Below, in pieces: positions 46,367 through 56,309 of a DNA stretch of 64,000 nucleotides; the first letter of the stretch is position 1; every line of letters starts with the position of its first letter. Both the position numbers and the translations under genes were made by a program. The stretch lies in NCBI GenBank assembly GCA_963725865.1, contig CAVSAC010000014.1, positions 1,024,001 to 1,088,000 on the forward strand, read 5' to 3'. Under the pieces are notes generated by a model. The model was not told the DNA's origin, made no database searches, and saw only the letters and a program-made list of their open reading frames with translations. This DNA comes from Candidatus Eiseniibacteriota bacterium. GTDB lineage: Bacteria; Eisenbacteria; RBG-16-71-46.

Positions 46367-46935
46367 CTACTGACCCGGCGTCCGCCGGACCGCCCAGGTC
46401 CACGCGCAGTGGTAGCCGTCGCCGCTCGCGTCGCGCTCGACGTACGCGTAGTTCTCGCGGTTCGGGAGCCTCACCATCCACGGCAGGTGCGCGAAGGTCG
46501 AATCGGAGCCGGCCCCGTGCGAGCGGCAGAGGAACAGCTGGCCGGTCCGCGTCTCGATGCCGGGCGCCGACAGCACGAAATGCACGTGGGGCACTCCCTC
46601 GGCGAGCCCCGGGACGATCGTCCGCACGCGGAAGCCGCCGGCCACGTTGGTGTGCAGCACCGCGGTGAGCCGGGCCGGCCGCCCGCCGCCAGCGCCGTAC
46701 CGTCCGTTCGCGTCGGCGTGATAGACGCGCAGGGTCGCGCCGCGCAGCGGCAGCGAGTCCGGCAGACCGAGCAGGCGCCCCTCGATCACCAGCGGATGCC
46801 CGGGCTCACCCGGCGAGGTGAGCGCGACATCCCAGTCGGCCTGCAACGGGACGGCGGACGGATTGGCGGCGCGGCGGTCGGCGCGATGGCGATCAGCAGC
46901 AGGGCGGCGAAGGGCAGCGAGGAGCGGCGGAGCAT
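46367..46935 (-). CDS. Secreted intradiol dioxygenase-fold protein, apparent 1-nt frameshift near 46872
   Basis: AGGAGG before ATG 46935 with a signal peptide in one frame; EPGHPLVIEG, YHADANGRY, RTIVPG, PHVHF in another frame. Confidence 0.7.
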
Positions 46936-47060
46936 GGCATCCTCCTGGGGCGTCCGGGTGCGGCGGCCCCGGGGTGGCGCGGCCTGCTCTTGGTGCGTCG
47001 CCGGCCGCGCAGGGTTGCCCCCGCTGCGGACGTGGGTGGGCCGCGGCCCCGACGGCGTCG

Positions 47061-47777
47061 TCAGCGCGAGGCCGCGCGGTCGCGGACCACGCTGGCCAGG
47101 CGTCCCGCCGTGAACCGCAGCCTCACCACCGAATCACCGCTCGCCATCAGCATCATGCCGGTGCTGGCCGGGAACACGTCCGGCAGCAGGTTTGACAGCG
47201 AGTCGAGGCGCACGCCCGGCTCGAGCGTGCGCAGCGTGTGCGCGACCAGCGCGTCGCGGGCCTCGCTGGAGCCGTACTGGTACGCGAGCGCGGGCGCGGT
47301 GCGCGCGAGCGCGGGCCACATCACGTGCGTGAAGCCGGCGACGCCGAGCGGCGGCGCCAGCAGCAACGCGACCGCGACCACGTTGCGGATCCCGCCGCGC
47401 AGCGGGACGCAGCGGGCCGCGATCGCCAGGTGGGTCGGCAGCGCGATCGCGCCCACCGCCGCGGCGAAGCTCACGAAGCGCGCGGGCGCGCCGGCCCACC
47501 ACCCGATCAGCAGCAGATAGGCCGCGACTCCGAGTGCCCCGCCCGCCAGGATCGAGACCGGCGGGCGCAACCACGGCGATGCCGGGTGCGCCTTCACGAC
47601 GAACGGCAGGCCCACGAGCACGCCGCTCGCGGCCGACACCATCAGCGTCCACGAGAGCAGGAACGACATGTCCTGCACTCCGCCGTGCGGCGAGTCCCAC
47701 GCGAGCAGGATGCACGTGCCCAGGAACGCGCACGCCCATCCGACGAAGGTCGCGAAGCAGGCGATCGTGGCTCGCAT
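47061..47777 (-). CDS. Hypothetical multi-pass membrane protein
   Basis: GAGGA before ATG; about 5 hydrophobic helices. Confidence 0.65.
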   Translation of the reverse strand: MRATIACFATFVGWACAFLGTCILLAWDSPHGGVQDMSFLLSWTLMVSAASGVLVGLPFVVKAHPASPWLRPPVSILAGGALGVAAYLLLIGWWAGAPARFVSFAAAVGAIALPTHLAIAARCVPLRGGIRNVVAVALLLAPPLGVAGFTHVMWPALARTAPALAYQYGSSEARDALVAHTLRTLEPGVRLDSLSNLLPDVFPASTGMMLMASGDSVVRLRFTAGRLASVVRDRAASR

Positions 47778-47793
47778 GCGGTTCCTCGCCGGG

Positions 47794-49014
47794 CTAGAAG
47801 CCGAACGAGAGCTGTCCCGCGAGCATCGACAGGTTCCGCTTCGATGCCCCGGGCACGCCCGAGTCGAACGTGGTGCGCTGCAGCACGACCTTGGCGGTGG
47901 TCGTGCGCGTGATGCGGTAGCCCACGCCTCCGTCGAGGCGGGTGACGTCCCAGTCCCAGGGCCGCTGCGCGCCGGTGGAGTCCGCGAGGTCGCCGAAGCG
48001 CTCGACGTCCCAGCGGGCCGCGAGATAGAGCCCCGACGGCAGCAAGTACTTGAGCTCGGCGTATCCGGAGCGCACCTCGAGATCTCCCACCGTCGGCGTC
48101 TCCCACACGTTGCGGGCGCCCTCGGCGCGCAGCTCCGCGTGCGCGATCAGCAGCTCGAGATCGGCCATCACGAGGCGCTGCGCGTAGTCGTTCACGTCGT
48201 GCCCGGTCGGGAGCGCGGACGCCAGGCTGCCCGCCAGGTAGGGCCCGTAGGCGCCCGAGACGCCGATCCGGAGCGCCGGGGTGGGCGTCCACCCGAGCCG
48301 GCCGAGCACGGTCTTGCCGGAGTTGTCGTCGCGCGCGGTGCTGCCCCAGCCGGGCGCGCCGGAGGTGACGCCGAGTGCGAACTCCAGCGGCCGCGCGCTG
48401 CCGGCCAGCGTGACGCCGGTGTCCCAGTAGGAGTCGTCGACGAGCGGCATGCCGACGCCCATCTGGTATGCGGTGTACTGGACGCCGGAGGAGCCGGTGC
48501 CCGCGATCGCGAGCAGCGCGTCGGCGTTCGGCGGCAGCTGATACCAGAGCAGCGTGGAGTGGTACTGGTACATCAGCGGCGTGGCGATGAGCGGGTTCTT
48601 GTCCGAGTACGTGCGCGGCCCATAGGTGCCGATCGCCCACGGCAGCTTGCCCGCCAGCAGGTGCAGGTCGCGGTCGGGCCACGGCGTCGCCACCACGTAG
48701 GCGCCGTCCACGTAGGCTTCCGAGACGTCGTCGAAGACGAACTGGCCGAGCACCTGGAGCCGGTCGTCGACCTGCGACTCGGCGAACAGCCGCAGCCGGT
48801 ACGCGTCGTAGGGATTGTCGCCGCGTGTGAGCACGTTGGCCGGGAAGGCGCGACTCTGCTCCGCGGCGATCAGGTCGAGCAGGCCGTGCCACTGCAGGTC
48901 GGCGGCCCGCGCGCGGAGCGGCACGAGCCCGAGCACCGCGAGCGCGACGGATGCCGCCACGCACGCGCTTCGGATAGCGGTCGCGGCCCGCATGAGGGGG
49001 GGCGCCACGGGCAT
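47794..49014 (-). CDS. Outer-membrane porin-like beta-barrel protein
   Basis: GGGAGA RBS; signal peptide; amphipathic strands; DDNSGKTVLGRLG; C-terminal QLSFGF. Confidence 0.8.
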   Translation of the reverse strand: MPVAPPLMRAATAIRSACVAASVALAVLGLVPLRARAADLQWHGLLDLIAAEQSRAFPANVLTRGDNPYDAYRLRLFAESQVDDRLQVLGQFVFDDVSEAYVDGAYVVATPWPDRDLHLLAGKLPWAIGTYGPRTYSDKNPLIATPLMYQYHSTLLWYQLPPNADALLAIAGTGSSGVQYTAYQMGVGMPLVDDSYWDTGVTLAGSARPLEFALGVTSGAPGWGSTARDDNSGKTVLGRLGWTPTPALRIGVSGAYGPYLAGSLASALPTGHDVNDYAQRLVMADLELLIAHAELRAEGARNVWETPTVGDLEVRSGYAELKYLLPSGLYLAARWDVERFGDLADSTGAQRPWDWDVTRLDGGVGYRITRTTTAKVVLQRTTFDSGVPGASKRNLSMLAGQLSFGF

Positions 49015-49039
49015 GGGCAGATCTCCCTTCGTCGCCGCG

Positions 49040-49067
49040 TTATCGGCCGGGCCGGCGGCGGAATGAA
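49040..49067 (-). promoter_or_regulatory. Candidate sigma28 (FliA/WhiG)-type promoter
   Basis: TTCA-N16-GCCGATAA on the minus strand, 25 nt before ATG 49014. Confidence 0.55.
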
Positions 49068-49162
49068 GGGGAACGACCGGTGGTGCCGAAGGGCGTTCGG
49101 CCCGGCGGAACCGGGCCCGGCGGCCGCGGCGGCCGGAGCCGCCGGGCGCCGCGGGATCGCCG

Positions 49163-50596
49163 TCAGTTCTGGCCGGGCGGGATCGCCTGGGACTCGCGCA
49201 GCGGCGGACGTTCGCGGTGCGCGCGCTCTCTCTGCTGGTAGGCCTCGCCGATGTCGAGCAGCAAGGCCTCGTCGAACGGGGCGCCCATCACCTGGAATCC
49301 GACCGGCATGTGCGCCCTGCCGAACCCACTGGGCAGCGCGAGCGACGGCAGCCCGCAGGTGTTGCCGAACGCGCCCACCGGATCGCCGTACGGGAGCGCC
49401 GCGTTGAGGTCCTGGTCGATGCGCGGCGCGACCGACAGGAAGTTGGGTGAGACCAGCACGTCGTACTCGTCGAAGAACGACGCCATCGATTCCTGCACGA
49501 GGGTCCGGATCCGCCACGCCTTCACCAGGTCGGGCGCGCTCATCGCCTCGTTCACCTCGAGCTGGTACGAGGCGTACGGGTCCTTCAGCGACCGCACGCG
49601 GCCGTCGCGGAAGAACGCCTCGAACGCCGACAGCGCTTCGGCCGTGATGATGGTGGCCGCGACCTCGGTTGCCGGCAGGTCGGGGAGCTTGGCCTCGGTG
49701 AGCTTCAGGCCGGCCGCCCGCAGCTCGGCGACCGCGGCGTCGAAGGCGGTCTTCGCCTCCGGCTCGCCGCCCTTCGAGAAGTCCATCGGCACCAGCGCCG
49801 CGCGGATGCGTGACAGCGGCTTCGGCGAAACGCCGGCGATGCGGACGGGCTCGTCGGCGCTCGAGGGATCGTCGGGGTCGCGGCCCGCGATCGCGTGCAG
49901 GATCGCGCGGCAGTCGGCGGCGGTCCGCGCGATCGGGCCGACCTTGTCGAAGGTGTACGAGCACACCATCGCGCCCGCGCGGCTCACGCGCCCGTACGTG
50001 GGGCGCAGGCCGGTGAGCCCGCAGAATGCCGACGGACACAGGATCGAGCCCCAGGTCTCGGTGCCGAGCGCGAAGGCCGCGAGCCCGGCCGCGACCGCAG
50101 CCCCCGATCCCGACGAGGAACCGCCGGTCCAGCGGTCGGTGCCCCAGGGATTGCGGGACGGGCCGTCGATCGAGGCGTTCGCGAACCGGTAGCCGAGCCC
50201 GCCGGCGCATTCGATCATCGCGGTCTTGCCGAGCAGGATCGCGCCCGCCTCGCGCAGCCTGCGGATCACGGTGGCGTCGCGGTCGAAGACCTGGTCCTTG
50301 CACGCCGCGGTGCCCCAGGTGGTGCGCACCCGCGCGGTCGCGAACAGGTCCTTCGCGCCGTACGGGATGCCGTGCAGCACGCCGCGCCAGTGGCCACCCG
50401 CGATCTCGCGCTCGGCGGCGCGAGCCTGCTCCAGCGCCAGCTCCGGCGTGACCGTCGTGAACGCGTTGAGGCGGTCGTTGAACCACTTGATGCGGCGCAG
50501 GTACGAGAGCGTGAGCTCGACGGGCGACACCTGCCGGCTGCGGATGCGCTGCGACAGCTCGACGACGCTCAGGAACAGGATGTCGTCGCCGTACAT
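49163..50596 (-). CDS. Amidase signature family enzyme (GatA/AtzE-like)
   Basis: LHGIPYGAKD, GKT, GGSSSGSGAAVAAG, GTETWGSILCPS (Ser-cisSer-Lys triad). Confidence 0.92.
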   Translation of the reverse strand: MYGDDILFLSVVELSQRIRSRQVSPVELTLSYLRRIKWFNDRLNAFTTVTPELALEQARAAEREIAGGHWRGVLHGIPYGAKDLFATARVRTTWGTAACKDQVFDRDATVIRRLREAGAILLGKTAMIECAGGLGYRFANASIDGPSRNPWGTDRWTGGSSSGSGAAVAAGLAAFALGTETWGSILCPSAFCGLTGLRPTYGRVSRAGAMVCSYTFDKVGPIARTAADCRAILHAIAGRDPDDPSSADEPVRIAGVSPKPLSRIRAALVPMDFSKGGEPEAKTAFDAAVAELRAAGLKLTEAKLPDLPATEVAATIITAEALSAFEAFFRDGRVRSLKDPYASYQLEVNEAMSAPDLVKAWRIRTLVQESMASFFDEYDVLVSPNFLSVAPRIDQDLNAALPYGDPVGAFGNTCGLPSLALPSGFGRAHMPVGFQVMGAPFDEALLLDIGEAYQQRERAHRERPPLRESQAIPPGQN

Positions 50597-50597
50597 G

Positions 50598-50903
50598 TCA
50601 GCGCCTCCCGCGCACGGGTCGTAGCGGGCGGAACGCGAACGACTGCTCGGCGCCGTTCCCGAGCTGGAACGCGCGCAGCGTCTGCAGCGTCTGCGCCACC
50701 TGCTTCTTCTGTTTCGCGATCTCGGTCGCCACGCCGGTCGGCGGGCGTGGTGCGGGCCGCGCGCTCAGGTGCGGAGCGGGCGCCGGGCGCGACCGTGCCG
50801 GGCGCGTGGCCGCGCGCGCGAGCGTGGCCGCCGGCGCGACGATCGCGACCGCCGCGCCGGAGGCCACGACCTTGAGGAACCGTCGTCTCGATCGGATCGT
50901 CAT
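50598..50903 (-). CDS. Small twin-arginine signal protein, probable amidase partner
   Basis: ATGA-coupled to the thioesterase; SRRRFLK Tat motif, hydrophobic stretch, ARA; ends LRAFQLGNGAEQSFAFRP. Confidence 0.75.
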   Translation of the reverse strand: MTIRSRRRFLKVVASGAAVAIVAPAATLARAATRPARSRPAPAPHLSARPAPRPPTGVATEIAKQKKQVAQTLQTLRAFQLGNGAEQSFAFRPLRPVRGRR

Positions 50904-51337
50904 GAGTTCACCTTCCGGGAGAGGTCCCGCCCTTCGAGGGCCTCGAGTTGTGCCCGCAGCTCGGGCGGGCACGGGAGCGTCTGCTTGCTCGCATAGTCGT
51001 AGCACACCTGCACCGAGGTCGCTTCCACCACGAGCCGCCCGCTCGCGCGCTCGCGGATCTCGTAGGCGAAGGCGAACGAGCGATGACCGATCTCGGTGCA
51101 TCGGATGCCGACCAGCAACTCCTCGTGCACGAGCGTCTCGGAGCGGAAGTCGATGCTGACGTGCGCGAGGATGAACGGCACGCTGCCGTAGTCGTGCGAT
51201 CCGGCGAGCCGGCGCCAGTACACCTGGCGGGCGACCTCGAGGTAGGTGACGTAGACCGCGTTGTTGACGTGACCCATCGCGTCGGTGTCGCGGAAGCGCG
51301 GCGTGAGCTCGTGCACCACCGGGAAACCAGGGATCAC
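50900..51337 (-). CDS. Acyl-CoA thioesterase (YbgC/FadM hotdog fold)
   Basis: RFRDTDAMGHVNNAVYVTYLEVAR; GTG start after GAGGA. Confidence 0.9.
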   Translation of the reverse strand: MIPGFPVVHELTPRFRDTDAMGHVNNAVYVTYLEVARQVYWRRLAGSHDYGSVPFILAHVSIDFRSETLVHEELLVGIRCTEIGHRSFAFAYEIRERASGRLVVEATSVQVCYDYASKQTLPCPPELRAQLEALEGRDLSRKVNS

Positions 51338-51584
51338 CAGCGGGTCCTCGGGGCAGGAGTCGTGCGCCCGGTGGGCCGGGACGCGGGGTTCGTCCGTGGA
51401 GTGTCGCGGGGGTGGGGCCACCGCGACGCCGGCATCCTTGAGCCGGCACGCGTATCCGGTCAAGCGGTCCTTGGTGCCGGGGCTCCGCGGGCGCCACGAG
51501 GCGCGGCGCGGTTTCTGCCATCGTCGACCGGCGGGCGGCCGTGTAGAATCTCCGGCGTTCCGCTCGAATCCCAACCCCTACGCC

Positions 51585-52466
51585 ATGCCCGACCGACCTC
51601 CCGCCGCATTCCTCGACCGACTCGCCGCCGCCCGTCGCGCGCACACGCTGCCGCCCGGGCTACGTACCCGTGCCCAGGAGTTCATCGAGGCATCGCTGGC
51701 CCTGCTGTTCCCGCACTTCGCCACCGTCTGCACGCACGACCCCGCCCTGCTGGCGGAGGAGCTGCGCGCGCTGCGCGCGCGGGCCGAGGCGTTCGTGGCC
51801 GCGCATCCGTCCGCGGCACCACGCGCCGCCGCGATCGCGGAGGCGTTCTGCGCGCGCCTGCCGCAGGTGCACGCCGCGCTGCTCGAGGACGCCGCCGCCA
51901 CCTGCGAGGCCGATCCCGCCGCGCAGAGCCTGGACGAGGTCATCATCACCTACCCCGGCTTCTACGCGGTGGCGTGCTATCGGCTCGCCCACGAGCTGCA
52001 CCAGCTGGGCGTGGAGCTGCTGCCCCGCATCGTGACCGAGGTCGCGCACCGCGAGACCGGCATCGACATCCACCCGGCCGCGCGCATCGGTCGCGCGCTC
52101 TCGATCGACCACGGCACCGGCATCGTGATCGGCGAGACCACCGTGATCGGCGATCGCGTGCGGCTCTACCAGGGCGTCACGCTCGGCGCTCTCAGCGTAC
52201 GCAAGCAGGAGGCGGACGCGCAGCGCCATCCGACCATCGAGGACGACGTGATCCTCTACGCGAACGCCACCATCCTCGGCGGCCACACCGTGGTCGGCGC
52301 CGGCAGCATCGTCGGGGGCAACGTGTGGCTCACGCACAGCGTGCCGCCCGGCACCATCGTCACCGAGGTCGCGAGCATCGAGCAGCGGTTGGCGGCGGAG
52401 ATTCCCGCGCCGTCGGCCGGTGCGCCACCCCTCGCGGCGGGCGCGTCGCGCCGGCGCGAGGATTGA
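51585..52466 (+). CDS. cysE: Serine O-acetyltransferase
   Basis: DPAA...[41 protein letters not shown]; upstream TAGAAT. Confidence 0.93.
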   Translation: MPDRPPAAFLDRLAAARRAHTLPPGLRTRAQEFIEASLALLFPHFATVCTHDPALLAEELRALRARAEAFVAAHPSAAPRAAAIAEAFCARLPQVHAALLEDAAATCEADPAAQSLDEVIITYPGFYAVACYRLAHELHQLGVELLPRIVTEVAHRETGIDIHPAARIGRALSIDHGTGIVIGETTVIGDRVRLYQGVTLGALSVRKQEADAQRHPTIEDDVILYANATILGGHTVVGAGSIVGGNVWLTHSVPPGTIVTEVASIEQRLAAEIPAPSAGAPPLAAGASRRRED

Positions 52467-52503
52467 CGCGTCGTCCCACCGGCGCAGGAAGGAAGCACCC
52501 CGC

Positions 52504-53418
<915 letters not shown>

Positions 53419-53439
53419 CGCGGGCTTCGGCGCCGCGCC

Positions 53440-54708
53440 TCAGAACCCGTTCAGCGGGTACACGAAGGCCGGGCGCGCGCAGAACCAGCGCTCGATGATC
53501 TCGGCGGCGCCGCCGCTGGCCTCGAGCAGGCCGGCCTCGGCGGCGCGCGTCGGGGACAGCGTGCCGCTCACCAGCGGTCCCATGACGTCGGCCGGCACGC
53601 GCAGGCGCGGCGTGCCGCGGCCGGCGCTCGCCCCCTCCGGACGCACCATCAGGCGGCCGTCGCTCGCGCGCACCCGCCATCCGCGCGCGTTCGGTGCCAG
53701 CACCGCGTCGTCCACCTCGAGCGCCACCTCGCCGCGCGAGGACGGCGAGACCGGCAGCGCCTCGAGCGCCGCCTTCACGTCGGTGAGCCTCAGCATCAGC
53801 CCGTTGGCGACGTTGCCGGTGTCGAGCAGCACGCCCATCTCGGCGCCCGGGCGCAGATTCTGCGCCGTCCGCATCAGCGCGAGCCAGGCGTGATCCGCCG
53901 GCGCGGCGTACTGGATCTCGACCACCTGGTCGGACAGCGACGCCAGATGCCCGACCAGGCCGCGGTGCGCCTCGGGCGTGGCGGCCACGAACTCCTGCAG
54001 CGTGAGCGCGAGCTTGAACGGCCCGTCGCTGCTGTCGACCTCGTAGTGCAGGTAGCCCTCGATCTGGCCGCGCCGGCGGCCCTCGTGGACCACCCAGTCG
54101 CCGGGATAGGTCCACAGCCGCTCGGACCACCACTCGGGCCGGCGCGCCAGCGCGAAGTGCCCCTGGGCGGCGACCCGGTCGTAGAGCGCCTCCACGTGCG
54201 GGCGATCGGGGAGCATCAGGCGCCGCACGCGACGCGCCTCGTCGGACGCCGGCAGGTTCGCGGGGGCGACCGCGAGCTGGTGCACGACCTCGGCGACGCC
54301 CCAGCCGAGCTTGCGATAGTACGCGCCGCGGAACGCGTAGAGCCCGCACAGCGCATCGCCGCGCTGGCGCAGCTCGCGCAGCGCGGAGCGCAGCAGCGCC
54401 TCGCCGACGCCGCGGCGGCGGTGCTCGGGACTCACCGCGACCGACCCGATGCCGGCGAGCGGCACGCGTTGTCCGCGCACGTACGCAGTGAGCGGATACA
54501 TCACCAGCGAGGCGACGAGCTGTCCGTCCAGCTCGCCCACGCGCACGTCGCGCAGCCCGAACCGCGGATGGTCGGTGTAGAACTCGCGGCGGTTCTCGAG
54601 GCTCCGGACGCGATACGCGCGATGGCCGAGCTCGGCGAGCGTCTCGACGTCGGTACGGCGGGCGGCGCGGTAGCGCAGCACGGGGGGCCGGGGGGCGCGC
54701 GGGCTCAT
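53440..54708 (-). CDS. Eis-like GNAT acetyltransferase with C-terminal SCP2-like domain
   Basis: GIGSVAVSPEHRRRGVG, YYRKLGW, LMLRLTDVKAAL, C-terminal F; ATGA coupling. Confidence 0.85.
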   Translation of the reverse strand: MSPRAPRPPVLRYRAARRTDVETLAELGHRAYRVRSLENRREFYTDHPRFGLRDVRVGELDGQLVASLVMYPLTAYVRGQRVPLAGIGSVAVSPEHRRRGVGEALLRSALRELRQRGDALCGLYAFRGAYYRKLGWGVAEVVHQLAVAPANLPASDEARRVRRLMLPDRPHVEALYDRVAAQGHFALARRPEWWSERLWTYPGDWVVHEGRRRGQIEGYLHYEVDSSDGPFKLALTLQEFVAATPEAHRGLVGHLASLSDQVVEIQYAAPADHAWLALMRTAQNLRPGAEMGVLLDTGNVANGLMLRLTDVKAALEALPVSPSSRGEVALEVDDAVLAPNARGWRVRASDGRLMVRPEGASAGRGTPRLRVPADVMGPLVSGTLSPTRAAEAGLLEASGGAAEIIERWFCARPAFVYPLNGF

Positions 54709-55205
54709 ATGTGCGCGTCCTCGACCAACCGGAACACCGCCTCGCCGTGCACGCCGCGCGTCATGCCCGGGCCCCGCAGCGAGCGTCCGTCGCCGGTGCG
54801 CTGCAGCACCTCGGGCGGCTGCCACGCGTCGTTGAAGTGCGCCAGCACCTCGAAGTGGTAGTCCGCCTGCGCCAGCGACCCGGTGGGGCCGATCAGCGGC
54901 GGCGAGTCGAAGCGGCCGTTCTGCACCAGGACCTGGAACCGCTTCACCAGTCGCCCGCTCGCCGGCTCGAGGATCGACACCTGCAGGCGCGTGCCGTCCG
55001 GGAAGTCGACCTTGCCGCGCACGCGCAGCACGCCGTTGCCCACGCGGTAGGGCTCGAACGTGCGGATCAGGGGCGTGCCCAGCGCGATCCCAGTGGTGTC
55101 CGCGAGCTCCTCGAGGCGCAGCGGCTGGTCCTGGGGCGCACGACCGCGGCCGCAGCCGGCGGCGACCATGGCGAGGGCGAGTGCGAGCACGTGGATGCGT
55201 CTCAT
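54705..55205 (-). CDS. Hypothetical lipoprotein
   Basis: Lipobox AAG-C after a hydrophobic stretch; TAGTCT 8 nt before ATG. Confidence 0.75.
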   Translation of the reverse strand: MRRIHVLALALAMVAAGCGRGRAPQDQPLRLEELADTTGIALGTPLIRTFEPYRVGNGVLRVRGKVDFPDGTRLQVSILEPASGRLVKRFQVLVQNGRFDSPPLIGPTGSLAQADYHFEVLAHFNDAWQPPEVLQRTGDGRSLRGPGMTRGVHGEAVFRLVEDAHI

Positions 55206-55436
55206 GCGACGCCAGACTAGCCGCCCGCGCTCGAACGGGGAAGCGCGATGTGCGCCGCGGCGCGAATCCGCGACGCGCTCGCGCAGCGTGGAGCCGCCGG
55301 GGGGGAAGCGCTTGTGAGTCGCGGGAGGGCTCTGCTACGGTTCCCGCCCGTCCTGAGGTCCGCGTGCATGTGCTCGACGCGGCTTCGCGGCCTCGACCGG
55401 GCGGCCGATGGTTGACGACTCGAAAGGAGTTCCGCA

Positions 55437-56027
55437 GTGATCCGGAATCTGGGGATGCGATCCGCGTTGGCGACCGTCGTGCTCGCCGGCGCGGTCGTCT
55501 GGTCGACCTCGGCTGCGGCCGCGTCGGACCCCTGGGCGAAGGGTGCCCAGTGGATGTCGATCCGCGCCGGCTACGCCAAGGCGCTCGGGGACAACGCCGC
55601 CGAGAGCGGCGCGGGCTACGGCTTCGGCTGGAGCCGCATGCTGAACAAGCGCTACTCCTTCGGGCTCTACGCCCATCACGAGATCCTGTCGCGCTCGAAC
55701 GGCGCCGCCGAGATGGCGTTCCCGTTCACGGCCGAGCTGGCGCGGCACTTCCGCTGGCGGACCGACCTGCATCCGTACCTCGGCGTCGGCGGCGGCGGCA
55801 TCAACTATCGCACCTATCGCAGCGGCGACGACCACATCGGCGCCAGCAACGGCGTGTACCTGGTGGGCGGTATGAACACCCCGATCGCGCCCCAGCAGGT
55901 GCTCGGCCTCGACCTGCGCTTCCTCAGACGTACGGGCAACGACAAGATCACGAACCCGAGCTTCGGCCGGCAGAAGAGCTCGGTGTTCGACGTCGGGCTC
56001 AAGCTCAACTGGTCGTACGCCTATTGA
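55437..56027 (+). CDS. Outer-membrane beta-barrel protein
   Basis: AAAGGAG before GTG; signal peptide; HPYLGVGGG; C-terminal LNWSYAY. Confidence 0.8.
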   Translation: MIRNLGMRSALATVVLAGAVVWSTSAAAASDPWAKGAQWMSIRAGYAKALGDNAAESGAGYGFGWSRMLNKRYSFGLYAHHEILSRSNGAAEMAFPFTAELARHFRWRTDLHPYLGVGGGGINYRTYRSGDDHIGASNGVYLVGGMNTPIAPQQVLGLDLRFLRRTGNDKITNPSFGRQKSSVFDVGLKLNWSYAY

Positions 56028-56071
56028 GCGACGGATCGCGCGCCGATTGCGCGCGTCGCTCCGTTCGTTCG

Positions 56072-56110
56072 GCGCCGCCGGCCCGCACCCCGGGCCGGCG
56101 GCGCGTTTTC
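56072..56110 (+). terminator. Rho-independent terminator
   Basis: 14-bp stem GCGCCGCCGGCCCG-caccc-CGGGCCGGCGGCGC followed by GTTTTC. Confidence 0.75.
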
Positions 56111-56309
56111 GTCCGCGCGCCGACGCCTCGCGGCGCGCCGCCGACGCCCGCGATCGCGCACCGCGGACCGGCGCGGGGAGATCGCGCGGGCACGCGGCGT
56201 GCGAATCCCGACGGCGGGACCGGGGGGTGGGGAAGCGGAGCGGAGCTCCAGAGGTCCCGGCGGACTCGAGGCGGCGCCGCGGCGTCGCCCGGGACGTCCG
56301 CCCGCGGGA

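Noticed and set aside
49163..50596. Calling the amidase gatA
   Set aside because: No gatB nearby, and the motif is GTETWGSI rather than GSDTGGSIRQP.
50590..50610. Stop-codon readthrough or selenocysteine joining the Tat ORF to the amidase
   Set aside because: The amidase ATG is out of frame (TGA-c-ATG) and has its own SD.
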